This document shows positions 26,487-39,200 of a stretch of DNA of 64,000 nt, one piece after another. The stretch is from Lama glama (taxonomy: Eukaryota): the NCBI GenBank assembly GCA_028534125.1, contig CM052817.1, positions 14,944,001 through 15,008,000 on the forward strand, written 5' to 3'. The position numbers and the translations under genes are program-made. Position 1 is the first letter of the stretch. Each line of letters begins with the position of its first letter. Under the pieces are notes generated by a model that ran no database searches, had not been told where the DNA came from, and saw only the letters and a program-made list of their open reading frames with translations.

Positions 26487-27739
26487 AAAAGTGGCTAAAT
26501 GGTCATTGCCTGGCAAGGACTAATGGCGTCATCACCTTTTCGCCTGACACACCCACCTGTATTGTAATGGTATTCCTACATGGTGGTTCAAAAAATTGTA
26601 TTTGGTCCTCAGGGCACTGATACTTGGATATGGTGGATACACATTGACTAATTCTGCTTAATTTTCTATGTTTTCATCACTGGACTTCTCCTTTCTCTTG
26701 CTCCATTCTGTCTTCACTATGGCTTTGGTCAGCCCTTTTCTGAACTGTGGGAACCTGTGTAGATGAAGAGGATTTCTGCACTGTCTGCTCTTCCTTATTT
26801 TTTTACAGTGATGCTTTTGTAACACATTGAGCACTGGGTGTGGCTTTTGTTCCCCTGTGTGCTGCCCACATCATACTGTGTGACTCTCCCTAATGTAAAT
26901 TTTGGCAGTAACAAAAGGAATTCTCTCCAGGGTCTGCATTCCCACGGTATGAGATATCTCTAGGCTTAAATGCAAGGGGAGGGAACAGGAAAATTAGATG
27001 GAAGTGGGTGGAAGGAAGAATGAGGGGAGTGGGCTGCTCCCAAAGCCAGAGAATTTGTCTTTGCATTGTCCTTGCTGGGCTCCAGCCCTGGAGGATGAGC
27101 ATTTGGTATTTAGTAACACTCTCAGTAGTATGGGGCTCTCTTTTTGCAGACCTTGACTATTTTCCCCCCTTAGGGAAAACTGGATTCTCAAGAGTAAAAT
27201 GAATTATCTACACTGCTAATTAGCTAGGACATAACAAAATTCTCAGGAGGATTATCCCATCTGAGAATTTCTGTAACGTGTGCTTGTTTTTGCAGAGTCT
27301 ATCTCTTCTCGTTTGGTAGCCTGCCTGTCCTATAGCTCATGCCTCTCAGAGAAGGCAAAATAGTCGAGTAGGCAAAATCTCCTTCTCTTTCACGCACCTT
27401 TCTGCCTTCCTGCTCAGCCTCACAACTCCCGATGCGCACGGCTGACCTACGGTGCTCCGTCTTCACAGTTTGACCTGCTTCTTGCATTTTCTTACTCTAC
27501 CAATTTCCTGCCACAGGAGATGAAATGTGCCCACTGTCCCAACACCCACACGGACTAACATCTCCTGCACACTCTTCTCATTTCCTTGTACCGGGGAGGT
27601 GCCATGATTGGCAACAAATGAATATACCAATATCCTGATAAAGTGTTAAAAACCTAAAATGGTTTTAGAACTTACTTTTTCCTTGTGGACATATGTTACC
27701 TCTTCTGACATTGTCTCACATTTCCTCAGAGCAGTTGGT

Positions 27740-28250
27740 CCCCATTTCAGCCATTTAATTTTGGCAAGAATGGCTCCACCATAGCTTCAGAGGAGAGCTC
27801 TAATTAATTCAGGTCAGTAACAGACTCCCATCCTGAGGCAGCCTGACTGGTGTATGGAAAGGGGTGTCACCCAAACAGAGATAAAGAGATGCAAGAAGAT
27901 GTCTGCGGGTGTTTCTGCAAAGATGATTTCTGTCCCTCCCACTGGAGCTATTAAAGGAGACACTTGGTCTTTCTTTTGTAGTGTGAGAAAAGAAAGCCTG
28001 AAATTCTGGCCACTGTGTTCCATTCCCAAGAGGAGAGCCTGGAGCTTTGGGGCACCTTGGGAATCCAGAAACTGAAGCAAATATCATGCAAGGCAGAACA
28101 GACAGATGGAGAGAACCTGGGTCCTTGGTCAGATCATCTGAGCTGCTGAATCAAACCTTACCTTAAGCCAGTATGTCTTTAGACTTTTAAATACTTATGT
28201 CTAGATCTTTTATGGTGTAGGTCTAGATCTTTGTCAGTCTCAAAGGGAAG
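27740..28250. mobile_element. Old MLT1-like LTR
   Basis: gagagaacctgggtccttgg...gagctgctgaatcaaaccttaccttaagcc is typical of old MLT1 LTRs. Confidence 0.55.
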
Positions 28251-28814
28251 AATTCTAGAAGATTCTCTGTTGCAATTTCAAAATGTTGAGTGGAATATAC
28301 CAAAGTCATGACTGAAAAGAATTCATTTTTAATGATGAAATTACGTGCATTATAACAAACTTTATAGCATCCCTCAGCTCATAATACATAGGCCATATAT
28401 AAGATTAGCCCCGACCAAAAGGAATGAGTCCTATATAGCGTATGTCCATCAGAGCTTATATGCAAGTATATACCGAAACTCTACTAATTTGTGCCTTTGA
28501 GAAGGCCCTAAATCTTACAGCAGTCTTACCATTAAATCCCCGCTAGGTTTAGATTTATTTAATGCCTATACTATGCACAGTCAGACAGGGTGGTGGAGAT
28601 ACAGATTTTGGAGAGTAGATTACAATTCTCTTATTTGCTGTGCTACCCAATCTCTCCTAAAAAGCTGCCCCCACTTAGATATGAAGGGAACCATGCTGAC
28701 TTCACAGAATTGTTTGGCAATTAAATGAAACAGTGTACAAAAGGTGTGTACTTGTGTGTGGGGGGGTGCAGGCTGGGCCTGACGCATAGCCCTCTCAGAA
28801 AGCAGCACGTCCTG

Positions 28815-28918
28815 TGGTGATCATTTTGTAATATATACACACATCAAAGCATTACACTGTACATCTGAAAGTTACATAGTGTTATACATCAATTATATCT
28901 CAGTAAAGCTGGGAAAAA
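28815..28918 (+). mobile_element. Short L1 3' end
   Basis: tggtgatcattttgtaatatatac...tcaattatatctcagtaaagctgggaaaaa. Confidence 0.75.
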
Positions 28919-28959
28919 GATGGCATTTCCTTCTCTCCTCCCTTCTCCCCCCAGAACAG

Positions 28960-29160
28960 CTAGAGACAGTCTAAGTAAGTGATTAAAGTTGTGGGATGAG
29001 AGGAATTCTGCCTAGCTTCAGATTCTGGTCTCTCCAGTTTAAAGATCATGGGCAAAGGCAAGATAATGAAGCCATCTCTTCCTCAGTTTCTTCATCTGTA
29101 AAATGGGGGTAATAATAGCACATACTTCATGGGGTTCCTGAGGGGACTGATGAGGTAAAT
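28960..29160 (+). mobile_element. MIR SINE
   Basis: cctcagtttcttcatctgtaaaatgggggtaataatagcac. Confidence 0.85.
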
Positions 29161-29369
29161 CAGGAGCAGGGGGACCAGAGATGCTGGGAGCAGAGGGAAG
29201 CAGGTGGTGGTCAAGGGCTGACTGCAGCACACGTCTCACTGAGCAGGAGTCTTTTGAGGATTGGCTTGGAGGAGATGAGAATGGAGACAGTGCAGATGTG
29301 GGAGAAGCTCCCAGGCAGAGGGAAGACCCAGGTGACAACCTCTGGGCTGTGTTTGGCCTGGCCTGGCCC

Positions 29370-29674
29370 CCACGCAGATCAAGGTACCAGCAGGTTGGTT
29401 TGTGATGAGGCCTCTCGCCTTGGCTCACATAGTTGCCTTCTTGCTGTCCTCACATGGTCTTTCCTCTGCGCACGTGCAGAAGAAAGAGAGAGCTCTCTGG
29501 TATCTCTTCCTCCTTTTATAAGTTTAATGAGATTAGGGCCCTATCCTTATGACCTCATTTTACCTTAATTACCTCCTTAAAGCTCTATGTCCAAATACAG
29601 TCACACTGGAGGTTAAAGCTTTAACATATGATTTGGGAGGGTGGGTAGTGGTGGTTTGAAATCTAGTCCATAAC
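29370..29674 (-). mobile_element. MLT1 (MaLR) LTR fragment
   Basis: ctgtcctcacatggtc...ccttatgacctcattttaccttaattacctccttaaag...tccaaatacagtcacactgg. Confidence 0.8.
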
Positions 29675-29677
29675 TAG

Positions 29678-30123
29678 TATGATGGTTAATTTTATGTGTC
29701 AACTTCACTAGGTTACAGTGGCCAGATGTTTCATAAAACACCAATCTAGATGTTGCTGTGCAGGTATTTTGTCAGTTATAATAAACATTTAAATCAGGAG
29801 ACTTTGAGTAAAGCAGATTACCCTCCATAATGTGTGGATGGGCCTCATCCAATCAGTTGAAGGAATTAAGAGAAAAGGCTGAGGTTTCCCTGAAGAAGAA
29901 GCTCTGCCTTCAGATTGCCTTTGGACTTGAGCTGCAGCGTCAGCTGTCTCCTGGGCCTCTAGCCTGCCCTGCAGACTTAGTACTTCCTAATCCCCACAGT
30001 CATGTGAACCAGGTCCTTAAAATCAGTCTCTCCAGGTCCTTAAAATCAGTCTCTCTCTCTACCCCTGCACGCCGGCTACTGTGTCCTGCTGGTCTGTCTC
30101 TCTGGAGTACTCTGACTAACACA
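29678..30123 (+). mobile_element. MLT2 (ERVL) solo LTR, near full length
   Basis: Starts tatgatggttaattttatgtgtcaact, contains gactttgagtaaagcagattaccctccataatgtg, and ends ctctggagtactctgactaacaca. Confidence 0.9.
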
Positions 30124-30479
30124 GGGGGCAGGGGTGGGATTAGGGGCACAAGTCAGACAGCTGCTGTAGTGGTTGATCTAGACCAGGGTCAAGTGAGGTA
30201 TCTTTCAACATTATGTTCTCAGAAGAAATTTGTATGATTTCTTACGTATAATTAGATTATATCTAGATTTGTATTAAATTATCATAGTATGTAATATTAT
30301 CTGAATATAATTTTTCAAATATGTATATCATATTGTGATTTGGGACATTTATATAAGGTATTTTGTAATATTCATACTATATTTTATGAAAGAACTGTAT
30401 CCCAGCATGAGAAAAACAAAATGGCCTATTTTACCAAGTACGGCATGTACTTTGAGTTTTGTTCCTTCTGGGAGGTTTT

Positions 30480-30632
30480 CTTTTTCTTTTCCTTCTTTCT
30501 TTCTTTTCTTTTGGAGGGGAGGGGGGAGGTAATTAGGTTTGTTTGTTTATTTTTAATGGAGGTACTAGGGATTGAACCTAGTAGGTCGTGCATGCTAAGC
30601 ACGCACTCTACCACTGAGCTTTATTCTACCCC
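30480..30632 (-). mobile_element. Camelid Vic-1-like tRNA-derived SINE
   Basis: The reverse strand reads ...agctcagtggtagagtgcgtgcttagcatgcacgacctactaggttcaatccctagtacctccattaaaaataaacaaacaaacctaattacctcccc plus an A-rich tail, with Pol III A and B boxes. TSD is ttctgggaggtttt (30466-30479) / ttctcagaggtttt (30634-30647). Confidence 0.88.
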
Positions 30633-31849
30633 GTTCTCAGAGGTTTTAAAGGCATTAAAAAATATCAGTTGTCTATGCTTATAGCTGAAAACTATTCACT
30701 GAGCCACTGAAGATTCTTGTGAATCCTTGTGAGCTGGAGAGTGAAATGAGTCGGACTGTGCTTTGAGTCAACCGTCCTGGGAGCCACACGCACAGTGGTT
30801 TGGAAGGATGAGGCCAAAAGAGGGGGACAGAGTGAGCAGGTTACTCTCAACAGGGTCCTTAGGTTTCATGTTCTTATTTCCTCCTCTATCACCTTGGATT
30901 TGGCTGGCTACATAGCAAATACTTAATAAATACCTGTAGATTAGTTATTTTACACTTGTTTAATGCCTTCCTTTGAAGTACTTCCAGTTGAGATTACTTC
31001 TACAAATCACATAATGCAAGATAAAATACCCTATATATCTGTCAGTTTTCTCTAAGACTGTTTGCTAAGTATTATATGTGCACAGTTCATGGACTTGGTG
31101 TTCAGTTACTGAAAAAATGGAAATCACCCCATTAGTCATGCCTCTGCAAATTTCACGTTTTATATTTCAGGTTTTGTAGTGGGTGATATTTAAAGCCCTG
31201 TTTTCTGCTGGCTATTGTATCACTACAACCGTATGTAGCTCGTGGACATTTTGTGATCTCAGATCTAAGGAAAATGATGATGTTCCATTTGTTATCACTT
31301 TGAGGGAAGCACACAAAGACCTTAAAGTGAGAAACACGGCTTAATTAGCACGTTGGTGATTTCTATTACCCAGTGTGAAATCTCCACTGGCACCGAAAGC
31401 AGGATCAAAACAAAAGGCATCTTTTGGATTTTTAATTTTTTTTGGTCTTACTCAGAATTCACAACCTTATTTCCATGTCTCTAATCAGCAGAACCAACAA
31501 TGCGACATCATTGTCTCAAAGTTATCACATTTCACAATACCTGGCAAAAGGACACAGCTGCTTACTGATTAATCTCTGAGGACTAATGTCCTGGTATTAT
31601 TTTACGAACAGGTTTATACCTTGATTTATATAATGCAAAAGCTTTTAAACATCATGATGTTTTAGAACCTGAAGGGACTGCCGGAATCTCCTAATGGTAC
31701 TTTTACTATATATTGATTGAGAAAATCCTAATAAAAACACGTAGAAAATTATTTTTATGCTTTCATATTTTATTTGGCTCATTACCTACATATATTATAA
31801 AAATATTTGTATATCACTAAATTAGGCAGATAAATTATTCAACTTGTAG

Positions 31850-32390
31850 ACTACGTATATTGGATACACCTCTTTCAGTTACAAAAAACTTGATAAAAAT
31901 AAGGGAATTTATGTGCTCAAGTAACTGAAAGGTCCAAGGACAGTTCTTCAAATTAATTGGAATCAGAGGCTTAAGAGATCTATTTTTCTCCATCTCTTGC
32001 CTCTGCTTTTCTGTGGGTTTTTGTCAACTCCCAGAATCTCTCTTTGGGATGGTTGCTAGCAGATCCGGGCTTATATCCTCTAGGTTCAAGATCAAACGGA
32101 AGAGACTGACATCCTCCCGTTTCTCCAGCCAGTGCTTGGCTTAGCTCTGATTAGGCAACTGGAATCAGGAGTTTATCCTTGGACCAAACTCACTGTGACT
32201 TCAGTTTGGGAAAAGATGAATTGAGATAGCTTTGTGTCCAGACCTGGACTCAGGGAATGGGGCCAGTCCCATCCAGAGCATCAGGACTGAGTATGGACAG
32301 TATAATTTCTCCAGAAAAACAGAGGTATTCTTATCAGTGGTTGGTGGGAGGTAGATGCAAGGTAGGCAAAGCTAACACATGCCCATGAGA
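31850..32390. mobile_element. Old MLT1-like LTR
   Basis: tcagttacaa...aagggaatttatgtgctcaagtaactgaaaggtcc...ctctgattagg. Confidence 0.6.
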
Positions 32391-33679
32391 AGTTCACAAG
32401 TGGATTCCACGATACCCTGCAGGATGGGAGGGAGAAGATAGTAGGAGAAACTTCCTCCAAAGGACTTCAAAGGATTTATAAATCCACAGATTGGGAACAT
32501 TTCCTTTATTCTAACTCTTTCATGAGGCTATAATCTACACAAAAGGAAGTGACTTGTCCACAGAATCACAGTTAAAAAGGTAGGGGCAGGCTAACACCAT
32601 TCTAATGCTCTTCCCAAAGACCTGGCTATTACTTCTTAAGTTAATCTTATATATGATTAAAAAATAGTCAATTTTTGAAAGGGATATTTTTGCCTAATTT
32701 CAAAAATTTAGAAAACCCAAGAACAAGTGAGAATCCAGCTTTGTGAGAGAACTATTAAAATTTCCTGTGTTGAACTGTTTTGAGTTGAATTTTGTAAAAG
32801 AAGAATAGATGTAAGCTCTATTTAATCAGTCTCTCATGACGGCGTTTTTTAATGTAGCACACTTTCACTGGCGTGTTTTCACAACTTAAACTCTATGCAT
32901 TTGCAAATTCCTCAATGAGACTGCACCAAAATTACATTATTATCACATCAAAGGCAACAGTTTTTGGGTAAGAGGCTTTTCAGGCTTCCTTAGAGCCCTG
33001 TAGTCTGCTTCCCCTTGCCCACTGGCTTTCACTCTTCTGGGTGGCAAGTTCCTCAAGAGTTACATCTTAAGGATGCTCATGGGAGAGCTCTCTTCATTCT
33101 TGCCCTACACAGCCTGCTGGCCCAGGAGACCTGGCTCCGTCTTGTTGTCTTCCTGCCAGCTTCAGCCTCTACTGTGGGCAGGCAGCTCACCGCTTGAACT
33201 CTTCCTGCAGAGTCTCATCATTTAACGAAGTGCTTAAATTCATCTATCTTCTGGCATCTGGTCGATTCATAGGAACTTTCTACATATTTGCCATGGAGAA
33301 CCGTGGGGGGTGGGGTGCAGGCTGTGCCCCAATCCTTGCTTGTCTTGCCTTTGCCATCCTGCTCTTGCCCTTAGTCCTGCGTCTTCGCAACACTGAACAC
33401 TCTGAGGATCCCACTGCTTAGCCCTTCGGGCAAGAAATGATCCCAGGTCCCTGACTTAGCAGGGTTGGGGAAGGACAATATTACAGAAGGAGATGATGGA
33501 GAGGTCCAAGAAGAAAGGATGCTTGCTGCTGTATGAACTGTAATAAGATGACCTCTTTCCCACGCTGATTCTATTCATATCTACTGGATTGGATGGAGGT
33601 GTTGGTAGTGATTGCCATGGTGGGTGATGAACTGAGATCTTGAATGAAGCAAGCTCTGTAGGCAAGTGGCTGCCACTGA

Positions 33680-34290
33680 TTACCAGTAGCCCTCTAAACT
33701 TCTCTGTCCTTGCTTCCTAGTGGTCCATTCTCCACACAACAGCTAAGTTATGTAGTGTTACTTCTTTGTTCAAAACACTCTAATGACTTTCCAGCCCACT
33801 AGACTTGTATCCAACATCCTTGCTGTGGCCTCTAAGGTCCTACCTGACCTGGTCCCCATTCCCCTCTCCCTTCTGCTCTACCGCTTTTCTCTGCTCATTT
33901 AAATCTGGCCTGGGCTTCTCGATGTTCCCTGAACATGTCAAAGGTGCTTTCATCTGAGAGTTGTGCACTTGCTCTCTCCTTAGCCTAGAATGTCCTTATT
34001 TCATAGTCTCAGAGTTGCTCCCTTTTTTTGTAAATCTTGTCCAAATATCATTTTATCAGTGAGGCTTTCCTTGACCATTCTGTATAAACTAGCATTTTTT
34101 CACAATCCCTACCCTGATTTCTTTCTCTTTATATCACCTATCACCACCTGATATATACACGTCTCTACTTGTTTACTGACAGCCCTGTCCCAGGGACTTT
34201 CTCTGCTTGGTTCATTGCTCTACCCCTGCAGCCAAGGCAGTGATACTTGGTAGCTCTCAGTAAATATTTGTCGACTTAATAAGTGAGTGC
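33680..34290 (+). mobile_element. L2 LINE 3' end
   Basis: ccattctccacacaacagc...ctctcagtaaatatttgtcgac. Confidence 0.85.
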
Positions 34291-36864
34291 CTGATGAATT
34301 AATTAGAATGTCTATGATAAAACTGAGACAAAACAAAGAAATTTACTTTGATGTTTCAGCTGACTAGTTTTAACTAAATGCAAATTTCAACTCCCCAGCT
34401 AAAAAGCCAACTTCTTTCCTAATTTTGACACAATAGTTTTGACTCCGTTTCTTGAAGAATAACCAGGTACCTACACAAACGTTGAGAAGCCCCATGGGCA
34501 TTTGGCACGGTATATTCATTTCTTCTTTACCAGTGGGGAAAGTTTTTGCATTCTACTTTCGTACTCCCACACTCTCCTGTGATGGAAACTGCAAGACCAG
34601 ACTAGGTAATCGGTAAGTTCTCTTTCTGCTCTAAAATATACACCTCATACATTTCTTTTTCCTCCCTTCCATTCTGTATGCAGTTCAGAGCCGACATTGT
34701 TCCTCTGCTTATTACTTGCAAGTGCGGCTATTGTGGTCCATGACTTGGGAGATGGGTCTTGACTGTGTCTTTCAAATGTGAGCTAATGTGGCTGCGGAGG
34801 ATGCTAATTTAGGAATAGGATTCAGGTATGTGGATGATGCAGTCGTTGTTCAGAGTAGTGCTCTACTTGGGGTCATCAGTTTTCATCTACTGAGTGGTGT
34901 GTTGGGTTTTGAAGGCCATTAAAAATGGCTTCTCTCCCTTCAGTCAAGTAGATTGGTTGACGTGATTTTACAGTTAGTTTCTGAAGCTGTTGACAGGAAA
35001 CAAAGGGACAGGCCTTTTCTATAAACATTTCTCTCTAGAATTCAGACTCTCATTCTTGGCATAAGATTTTGGTCCCACTTTTGCCTAAAATCAATACAGT
35101 TAAATTTGTCTGGGTCTAGTAGGATTATATGTGTGTGTGCATATTGTTTCTGTTTTTCTCTCCTTTGAATTCACATATGGTGAGAGAAAAAGGATTTTGT
35201 GGCTGGATTGACAGAATGTTTGTGTTGTGTGCATTCCTAGCAAAGAAAAGAATGTAAAACAAAAGCCCCAACTTGGAAGGAGGAAGTTTGTTTAGAACTG
35301 GAATTAACCTGTCTTAAACATGATAAATGCCATACTTTTCAAAGGTTTCTTATACAATTGATTTCTTTCCATATGTTTCTGGTGGTTTAATTTGATTGGC
35401 ATAGCAAAATATTGCTATTTGATGTGAGGGAAGTTATTTTTAATGCACAGGACTGTAGGTGTAAATTTTATTTGTGTTAATAATGTTGAATAAACTGCAT
35501 TTATGTGTTGGGTTTATTTCTGGCTCCTGTGCTACTACGTAATTTGATTGTCCAATGTTCAGGCATGGATTTAAATCTTTACACAGCTGGGAATTAGCTG
35601 GTCACATTGTATTTACTTCTGCTTGTGGAGTCAGGAAAATGACCACCCTAAAGACAGGAAGCTATTTCAGAGTTTTCTTCTCTTTTTAACGTACGAAGTT
35701 ATTTCTATAGAAACTTGATAATTAAGAGCAATTTAACTCTTTACCCAAGTCTGTTTGAATGACAGGTCTACAAGTACACAGTTCTGACTTTTCCATTCAA
35801 CAGCTACTTATGTTTAACAAAAGACGTGACATATTTTTTCTTATTTTTCCTTTAAACAAATCAACATACTATTTTTAAGCTTTTAAAAGAGATTGAATTT
35901 TAAAAAGAGAGATTGAATAGCAACCATTGGCTGTCACCACATTATGAAGTGATTCTTTTTAATATTTACCTTGACTACTATAATTTTCAATGCGTGATCA
36001 AGTCCTCAAGCCCATAAAACGGTACCTGGGTTAATATTATTTCAATAATACCAAACATACTGTTCTCGTGTGTACCAAAACAGACTTCACGTTTCGCAGG
36101 CAATAAAATTATTTGGTCAAGTCTGCACAGCTTCGATTACAATTACAGTTAGCTCATGCAGAACTTCAGTGTGTTTTCGGAGTCTCTTCTACCTCTTAGG
36201 CTAACTGTTGGCCAACTACAGTGGCACTAAGATCACAAAGGCTTTAGCATTCATCTCCTTTAACTTTGTTGTGAAATCCTCATAAAATAAACTACCTGTG
36301 TCTCAGAAGAAGTGCAAGTTCTTGCCTTGGCTTATCCTATGACCAGTCTGTTCTCTGGATCTGATTGTACGGATGTCTAATTTGACACCAAAACAGGGAC
36401 AGAGGTTAAATTGATTGGGCCCTTTCAATCTTGAATAATTAAACATTCATGGTAGTGGAGCCAACACACCAATATTCACTCCATCTGTTTTCATCAGGAA
36501 TGACAGAAATGTACTCAGGAGCATCGGTTGGCAAACAAATACCTATTGAGTGTTTGGATGGTACTGGTGGACATGAAGGTATGTGGAACCTGTCTTCAAG
36601 AAGCATAGAATCAAGTTGCTGAAATAACTGGTGCTTAGGTGTATGAAAAGTCACTCAGCAACACCGTGATGCAAACTAGTAATAGAGTATATCTTAATTG
36701 CCAAATGAGGGGTGTAGCAGAAACCACAGATGCCCTTAGTAAGTTTACCTACTTGAACCTGAGTAATTGAACTGGAGTAAATTTTTTCTCCCTCCTCTAA
36801 CTTTTTTCTATTGCATTCTTTGGAATAGAGTGGATTTTTCTGCTTAAATAAGCAAGAGCAGTAA

Positions 36865-37085
36865 ATAATATCAGCTAATATTTATTGATTAGTCCTTATG
36901 TGCTGAGCACAGTTGCATTACCTCATTTGAGGGCTCCAAATCCACCAAAATAGGTCCTATGATCCTCGTTTTACAGATGAGGAAACTGAGGCCAGAATAA
37001 CTTGCTGAAGTCTGCCCAGCTGGACTAGAGCTGGGATTTAAATCTGGGCAGTCCAGGCTGAGAGCTTGTGCCTGCATCACCACAC
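36865..37085 (-). mobile_element. MIR SINE
   Basis: gttttacagatgaggaaactgaggcc...gagctgggatttaaatctgggcagtc. Confidence 0.9.
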
Positions 37086-37729
37086 CACCTGCCTCTCCAG
37101 TACCCCTGATTCCGGGGTGCACCAAGAGAGGCATCTGGCTACAGAGAGCTAGCTTCTCACTGCAAGTTTACTTTCACAGTGCTCCAATTAGTACACAGAA
37201 AGCTCATTTACTAAACAGGCTCTGAGTAATTGGCTAATAGGCTTTTGGTGAGCAGTGTCCTCCAGAGGGCTGTTTCCATAGCCTGATGCATTGGGCAGTC
37301 AAGCCCGGGGTTGTTAATCCCATTTTAGGATAGCAGAGCCGGGTACACTAAAGCTGCTAGAAAATAGTTCCCTACTGAAAATGCAAACTGGATCAGTAGA
37401 GCCTGGCTCTAGCTTCCAGAAGGCAACACTCTAGCAGCCCAGCCAGGAGGTCCTGGATATCTGCGTTGGTGTACTCAAGAAATTAAGGGTAGAGTGAGGC
37501 TCTCAAGTTTTATATATGGGTTAAAGCAATGAGAGCCTGTGTCTGGAATCACCCCCCACCTCCCCAGTCCACAGGCTCTGGAAGCACCATGAGGAACACA
37601 AAAATGGGTCAAGTCGCTGACTTACCACTATGTGGTTCTGACTGTCGCGGCCCTAGATAGAGCCTCCCTGCAGGGGGGATGCCAACAGGCAGATTCTTTG
37701 CCCCAACGGATACTACTTAATGCTGACAC

Positions 37730-38090
37730 CTCCTTGTGCCTCGTTTGCTTTAGCTATAAAATGGAGCGATAATACCTACTGGGTAGAATTGTTGTGGGGA
37801 TTAAGTGAGTTGATAAATCTGAATTTCTCAGAAGAGGTCCTGGGTGTTCAATATGCATTCGCTATCATAGTTATTATTTTGCTACTATTATTATGGATAT
37901 TTGATTTTGCAGTGGAAAGAAAATGAGATTTAGAAAGAGTTCTTCCCTCTGCTACTTGTGGGAGCTTGAGCAAGTCACTTGGTCTCTGTTCAGGGCTCTC
38001 ACCTGAGATGAGGCTCTCGCAGCCTCATAGGATTGTTTAAAGAAAGAATAAAATACTATCTGTTAATTTCATTTGTAAACTGTAAGGCCT
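37730..38090 (+). mobile_element. Two MIR fragments
   Basis: gtgcctcgtttgctttagctataaaatggag...; ttgagcaagtcacttggtctctg. Confidence 0.65.
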
Positions 38091-38099
38091 CATGTGCGT

Positions 38100-38890
38100 T
38101 TTCATTTTTAATTTCCCCAATCTGACTCTTCTATTGAATTCCATTTCTTATGAACCCAACTGACACAGCTATAAAACTGGGAATCATATTAAACCCTTCC
38201 TCTCAATTAGTTGGCTATAAGATTTGATTCTTTTTCTCAGTATCTCTAGTGTCTGGCCCTTCCCTCCTAACCACTGCAATTGCCTCACATGTAAGGCTCT
38301 GGCAGCCTCCTAAGTGGCCTCTCAGACTCCAGTCTTCAGTCTGCTGCAGAATCATTGTCCAAAAGTGCAAATTCGTTCTTCCCATTCCCCTGCTGAAAAC
38401 TCCCTCATGGTTTCTCATTGCCTTCAGCATAGAATTCCAATTTATTAGCATAGTGAGCAAGGTCTCACATGACATGGCTTTTTACACACTTTTGACACAC
38501 TCCCCCAGGGTCACCCTTGCCCTTTTGCCTTTATCGATGCCCTGTGTCACACCAAATTAGATAGAGTTCCCCAGAATGTGTCCTTGTCTTTTTCTTGTGC
38601 TTTCTGGCCTTTTCCTCCTCATTATCTTCCACCTGCCTTCAAGATTATTCATTCTAGCATCAACTGCTCCAAAGAAGCCTTCTCTGACATCCCTTTTCCC
38701 CAGTGATGCCCTGAGTTAGGAGGTCCTCTTCTGTGCCCCTGTCATACATACTGATTGCTCTGATCACATTGTTAAAACCTATGTTTTTCTCTTCATTATA
38801 AGAAAGAGGAACCCTGAGGATTAGGATCTCATCCTACTTGTTTCTGTTTTCCCAGTGGCTTAGAAAAAAATGTTGATTGAGTGAAAGAAT
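38100..38890 (+). mobile_element. L2 LINE 3' region
   Basis: ctgctgaaaactccctcatggtttctcattgccttcag...tgttgattgagtgaaagaat. Confidence 0.75.
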
Positions 38891-39009
38891 AAATATTATG
38901 CTCAATGAAAATGAGATGATGTGGTTGTCCTTCAAGAATCATCTCCAAGTTGCTAATCTGCTGCGCTCTGCAAGAGTTTTCAAAGGAGACCATCCTTGAG
39001 ACATGTTAT

Positions 39010-39200
39010 CAGATGCATGGCTTTGGGCAAATAACACAGCCTCCCAAGTCTAATTTTTCTCATCTTGTAAAATGGGAATAATGAGTATCTACCTTATAGT
39101 CCTGCGGGGAAGGACAAAGTAAAGATGCCTAGAAAACTCTTAAAACAGTGCTTGATATCCAGGAAACACATAGCAAATGTGAATGACTACTATCTTATTA
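39010..39200 (+). mobile_element. MIR SINE
   Basis: tttctcatcttgtaaaatgggaataatgagtatctacc. Confidence 0.75.

Noticed and set aside
30555..30632. tRNA-Ala-like sequence on the minus strand
   Set aside because: It is the head of a SINE with a linker, A-rich tail and TSD, not a tRNA gene.
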